Made by a program: the position numbers and the translations under genes. Shown piece after piece: positions 60,901-64,000 of a DNA stretch of 64,000 nucleotides; position 1 is the first letter of the stretch; the number at the start of each line of letters is the position of its first letter. The notes under the pieces are model-generated. The model was not told where the DNA came from and ran no database searches. It worked only from the letters and a program-made list of their open reading frames with translations. This stretch comes from Desulfobulbaceae bacterium (GTDB taxonomy: Bacteria > Desulfobacterota > Desulfobulbia > Desulfobulbales > SURF-16), in contig JAQIBE010000263.1 of assembly GCA_027859235.1 (NCBI GenBank), positions 3,568-67,567 on the forward strand, in the 5' to 3' direction.

Positions 60901-61472
60901 TAAGTGATATCCTGGCAGACAAGGACTGCTTTAAGGGCAACAAGATGCAACAGCTCAAAGGCCTGGTTGACAAGCTGAAAGAGCAGATTGCCACCCTTAT
61001 CGAAGAGGAACGAGCAAAAGCCTTAGAGATGGTGCAAACCCTTGCGGATCGGCTTGTCGGCCTGGATGAATTTGCAAATCTTCAACAGGAAGAACAGCAA
61101 AGACTACAAGCGCCCTTCCACAAAATCCAACAGGAACTGCAACAACATAAACTGATTGCCGTTATTCGCGACAGGTTGCGGAGTTTTGAAGAAGGAGAGT
61201 ATTCACGACTACTGGCGGAAGTCGGTCGTTTAGCGCATGCTGCCAAGTCAAAGAACGACAATGGTAAAACAAAACCAGCAGCAACAGCTAAAAGCACCGG
61301 CGGCACGGGTGATACCAGTGAAAAAGAACCGGAATATGTCTTTGGCCGGTCGTTAAAGGTAGATTTCTCCAAACCGATGCTGGTGGATGAGAAAGATGTG
61401 GAACAATACCTCACTATGATGCGAGAAGCCTTACTTAAAGAAATCCATGCTGGCAAACGGATACAGGTATAG
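57930..61472 (+). CDS. brxC: BREX system P-loop protein BrxC
   Basis: 1180 aa; GVWVSGFFGSGKSHLLKILALLLEN Walker A; FNIDQKADVISKTQSDALLSVFVKVFDEMCGY; position in operon. Confidence 0.93.
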   Translation: MLLSEIFEKPVDRSIEGVIKADDEASLRLEVEEYVLTNEVAQRLESFLDAYKNYDGANGVWVSGFFGSGKSHLLKILALLLENRSIDGTPVLDLFLPKCADNEILRGDLKRAVEIPSKSILFNIDQKADVISKTQSDALLSVFVKVFDEMCGYYGKHGHIAQFERDLDGRGLYGKFKDAYKNIAKQDWTAGREQALLEGHNIAKAYSQVTDTDEESAKGILDKYRSDYKLSIEDFAEQINTYIEQQEANFRLNFFVDEVGQYVADNTKLMTNLQTVAESLATKCRGRAWVIVTAQEVLDDVVGEMTKKQANDFSKIQARFANRMKLTSANVDEVIQKRLLLKNESGVATLSDVYHEQVNNFKTLFDFGDGSQSYKNFKDRDHFIHAYPFIPYQFTLFQAAIQSLSQHNAFEGKHSSVGERSMLGVFQHVAKHIANHSIRELATFDLMFEGIRTALKAQIQRAVLNSEQHLGDEFAVRVLKALFLVKYVKSFKATVRNISILMLDNFDRNITDLHKQVEAALNLLEQQTYIQRNGELYEFLTNEEKDVEQEVKNTDVENSDVSEELVKLVFDYPLKSRKIRYDDNGQDYAFARKLDDRLCGKDHELTIHIISPFHEQVDNETTLAMQSMAKDELLVIMPADDRFLHDLLLYKKTDKYVRLNMTQTQQEAIGRILTEKSFQNRERYKALQDRAKDLLGKAKLIINLKPLELSSTDPQTRITQGFYDLLRRTYPNLNMLRGIKYSENDIATCLKPSGATLFGGDEKMMSEAEHEMFSFIQGNSRNGVRTTLKSLVERFEKKPYGWYFAAILCITAKLCAREKIEVKSDSNPLEDTALEKALRNSQGHGNIILDPQIDFTTSQVRQLKEFYEDFFDAPPKANEAKPLGKETGAAFKELLQALEPMAGMVSHYPFLTVLKEPISQLRELVGKEYSFYLTALAKLEDNLLDMKDNVLEPVRRFMSGQPKDIYDESKRFLEEQNANFSDLQGDEGQQISDILADKDCFKGNKMQQLKGLVDKLKEQIATLIEEERAKALEMVQTLADRLVGLDEFANLQQEEQQRLQAPFHKIQQELQQHKLIAVIRDRLRSFEEGEYSRLLAEVGRLAHAAKSKNDNGKTKPAATAKSTGGTGDTSEKEPEYVFGRSLKVDFSKPMLVDEKDVEQYLTMMREALLKEIHAGKRIQV

Positions 61473-61633
61473 AGTAACGCATGTATTGAATTTTATACAC
61501 GCGTGCATTGGCTCGTGTACAAGCGACTTATACGCTTTGGCGCATAAATTTTGCGCCTTTTGCACCCGGCATATACATATTCAGCGGTTCAGGTGGATAC
61601 CGACAGCTGAAAAATACAAACTGGAAACGGTAT

Positions 61634-64000
61634 ATGGAAACATCCTCATTAAAAAAATTCGCCCAGACGGCACGGCAGCAGCTTATTGACCAGGTGGGTG
61701 CACGGCTCAAGCTTGTGCTGCAGATGGATAGTGCTGAGCTTCGTGAGAAGAAAGCGGTGGTCAAGCAGCTGCAGGAGCAGATTGCCGAGACTTCTAAGAA
61801 GGCGGTGATTGAGCGGGTGGCCTATATCTGGTTCAACCGGTTCTGTGCCCTGCGTTTCATGGATGTCAATCGTTATACCCGCATCGGTACGGTGAGCCCG
61901 GCTGAGGGCTTTTCCCAGCCTGAGATCCTGATGGATGCCAAGCAGGGCCATATTGATGATGGGCTGCAGGTGGACAGTAAGAAGATCCTGGATCTTCTGG
62001 GCGGTCAGGTCAAGGCCGCTGATCCCCAGCAGGAGGCCTACCGGTTGCTGCTGGTAGCGGTCTGCAACAGCTATCATCAGTTGATGCCCTTCATGTTTGA
62101 GCGCATTGCTGATTATACCGAACTGTTGATGCCGGAGGACCTGCTTTCGCAGAATTCCGTCCTCCAGGATGTGCGCGGGGCCTTGACCGAGGAGAGCTGC
62201 CAGGATGTTGAGGTGATCGGCTGGCTCTACCAGTTCTATATCTCCGAGAAGAAGGACCAGGTCTTTGCAGGGTTGAAGAACAACAAGAAGATCACCCCGG
62301 AAAATATCCCGGCCGCCACCCAGCTCTTTACCCCGCACTGGATCGTCCGTTACCTGGTGGAAAATTCTCTGGGCAGGTTATGGATGCTCAATCGGCCTGA
62401 CTCCAAGCTCGCCGGGCAGATGGACTATTACATCAGGCCGGAGAAACCGGAAACCGACTTCCTCAAGATCAACTCACCCGAAGAAATAAAAATCTGCGAC
62501 CCGGCCTGCGGCAGCGGCCACATGCTCACCTATGGTTTTGACCTGCTCTCAGCCATCTATGAGGAAGAGGGTTATGACGTCAAGGACATTCCCGGTCTGA
62601 TTCTGACTAAGAACCTGTACGGCATTGAAATTGACGAACGGGCCGGTGAACTGGCCGCCTTTGCCCTGACCATGAAGGCTAGGGAGAAGTACCGCCGTTT
62701 TTTCAGGAAACCCGTGCAGCCCAATATCTGTGTGCTGGAGAATGTCCGATTCGATGAGGGTGAGTTGAAGCCCTATATGGACGTGGTTGGCCGGGATCTG
62801 TTCACCGCCAACCTGCAGACCATGCTCCATCAGTTTCAAGAGGCGGATAATTTCGGTTCCCTGATTCGACCGGAGGTGACCGATGTGGCTCATGTCAGAC
62901 AAGTTATCGACGAGAAAGGGCTTGGTTCAAAACTTTTTTTGGCGCAGACGCACCCCAAGGTTTTAAGGGTGTTGGAGCAGGCTGAGTATCTTAGTCCCCA
63001 ATACCATGTGGTGATCGCCAATCCGCCCTATATGGGCGGTAAGGGGATGAATGGGCGGTTGGGGGTGTGGGCTAAAGACAACTACCCAGACAGCAAATCA
63101 GACCTCTTTGCCATGTTTATCGAACGCAATCTTGATTTGGCACTCCCAGCAGGTGCCGTGGCAATGATCACCATGCAGAGTTGGATGTTTTTGTCCTCCT
63201 TCGAAAAACTGCGCTCTCGACTTCTAGGGAAGAACACCATTCTTTCCATGGCCCATCTTGGCGCTCGTGCCTTTGACAGTATTGGAGGTGAGGTGGTTTC
63301 GACGACTGCTTTCGTGTTGGAAAATGCAAATCAGCCTGAATATAAAGGCAGCTTCCTGCGCCTTGTAGTTGGCAGCTCTGAAGCCTCGAAAAATGCATCC
63401 ATCCGAGAAGCAGTTAAGAATCCTGGCTGCGGTTGGTTCTTCCGCGCCTCTGCCACCGACTTCAAGAAAATCCCCGGAAGTCCGATTGCCTATTGGGTAA
63501 GTAAAAAAGAAATTGAAGGTTATTCTTCTAACGAACTGCTTGGTAACATTTCATCACCACGAAAAGGTTTGGATACTGGTGAAAACGATCAATTTCTTCG
63601 TCTATGGTATGAAATATCGTTGGTTACCGCGTGCCTAACTAATGAAGATCACACAATGAAATGGTTCCCTTATAACAAAGGCGGCGTATTTAGACGCTGG
63701 TATGGGAATCGTGAATATTTAATTAACTGGGAAGATAATGGTGCTGCGATTAAATCACGGTTAAGTTGGACTAGCAAGAAGCCAACTATACGAAATGCTA
63801 ACTATTATTTTCGAGAAGGGTTTACCTGGGGAACTATATCTTCCGGTGGGTTTTCTATTAGATACACTCCTGAAGGCACCCTTTTTGATAATGGAGGATG
63901 TACACTCTTTGCAAATAAATGGCTTTTGAAGATAGGAGCGTTTGCTAATAGTAAGATTATGGCAAGATATTTAAAATTTCTTGCACCGACATTAAATTTT
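61634..64000 (+). CDS. pglX: BREX-1 adenine-specific DNA methyltransferase PglX (truncated by window end)
   Basis: METSSLKKFAQTARQQLIDQVGARLKLVLQ...VAYIWFNRFCALRFMDVN...ICDPACGSGHMLTYGFDLL...VVIANPPYMGGKGMN; open to the window end. Confidence 0.93.
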   Translation, partial: METSSLKKFAQTARQQLIDQVGARLKLVLQMDSAELREKKAVVKQLQEQIAETSKKAVIERVAYIWFNRFCALRFMDVNRYTRIGTVSPAEGFSQPEILMDAKQGHIDDGLQVDSKKILDLLGGQVKAADPQQEAYRLLLVAVCNSYHQLMPFMFERIADYTELLMPEDLLSQNSVLQDVRGALTEESCQDVEVIGWLYQFYISEKKDQVFAGLKNNKKITPENIPAATQLFTPHWIVRYLVENSLGRLWMLNRPDSKLAGQMDYYIRPEKPETDFLKINSPEEIKICDPACGSGHMLTYGFDLLSAIYEEEGYDVKDIPGLILTKNLYGIEIDERAGELAAFALTMKAREKYRRFFRKPVQPNICVLENVRFDEGELKPYMDVVGRDLFTANLQTMLHQFQEADNFGSLIRPEVTDVAHVRQVIDEKGLGSKLFLAQTHPKVLRVLEQAEYLSPQYHVVIANPPYMGGKGMNGRLGVWAKDNYPDSKSDLFAMFIERNLDLALPAGAVAMITMQSWMFLSSFEKLRSRLLGKNTILSMAHLGARAFDSIGGEVVSTTAFVLENANQPEYKGSFLRLVVGSSEASKNASIREAVKNPGCGWFFRASATDFKKIPGSPIAYWVSKKEIEGYSSNELLGNISSPRKGLDTGENDQFLRLWYEISLVTACLTNEDHTMKWFPYNKGGVFRRWYGNREYLINWEDNGAAIKSRLSWTSKKPTIRNANYYFREGFTWGTISSGGFSIRYTPEGTLFDNGGCTLFANKWLLKIGAFANSKIMARYLKFLAPTLNF

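Noticed and set aside
36132-64000. CRISPR array or diversity-generating retroelement in the island
   Set aside because: No regularly spaced direct repeats of CRISPR length and no reverse transcriptase or TR/VR pair seen; apparent diversity in the Thr-rich repeats of the recoded gene is not near an RT.

Overview
The window looks like one continuous bacterial chromosome segment, probably Desulfobacterota/Desulfobulbaceae-like (inferred from gene content only). About 0-36 kb is ordinary core genome: cinA, glyQ, a selC-type tRNA-Sec, PEP-synthase-like protein, GAPDH, starch/glycogen synthase, aroC-aroK, a sensor kinase, hydantoinase-like, cydAB, and rpmH-rnpA-yidD-yidC-jag-mnmE-hpt. At about 36.07 kb there is a 3' fragment of tRNA-Ser(GCU), consistent with the left att site of a genomic island that runs to the window end. 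The island carries a VapE-like ATPase, AAA ATPase, C39-like peptidase-like protein, DUF2958, a tyrosine recombinase, a giant Avs-like STAND NTPase, a possible HEPN protein and a type 1 BREX locus (HTH, brxA, brxB, brxC, partial pglX). The standout is at 43.5-47.1 kb. A tRNA gene with a UCA anticodon, a glycine-type acceptor stem, a U73 discriminator and a long variable arm lies 1.3 kb from an unannotated 700-codon reading frame (44954..47056). That frame is closed only by TAA and contains 20 in-frame TGA codons. Reading TGA as glycine restores canonical motifs such as TDADGDNL and TPTTGANTFTL. I propose a mobile or accessory UGA-to-Gly recoding cassette (opal-suppressor tRNA plus cognate outer-membrane-like gene) inside a genome that otherwise uses UGA as stop and, via tRNA-Sec, as selenocysteine. 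Everything is from manual reading; no folding, homology or database searches were run.
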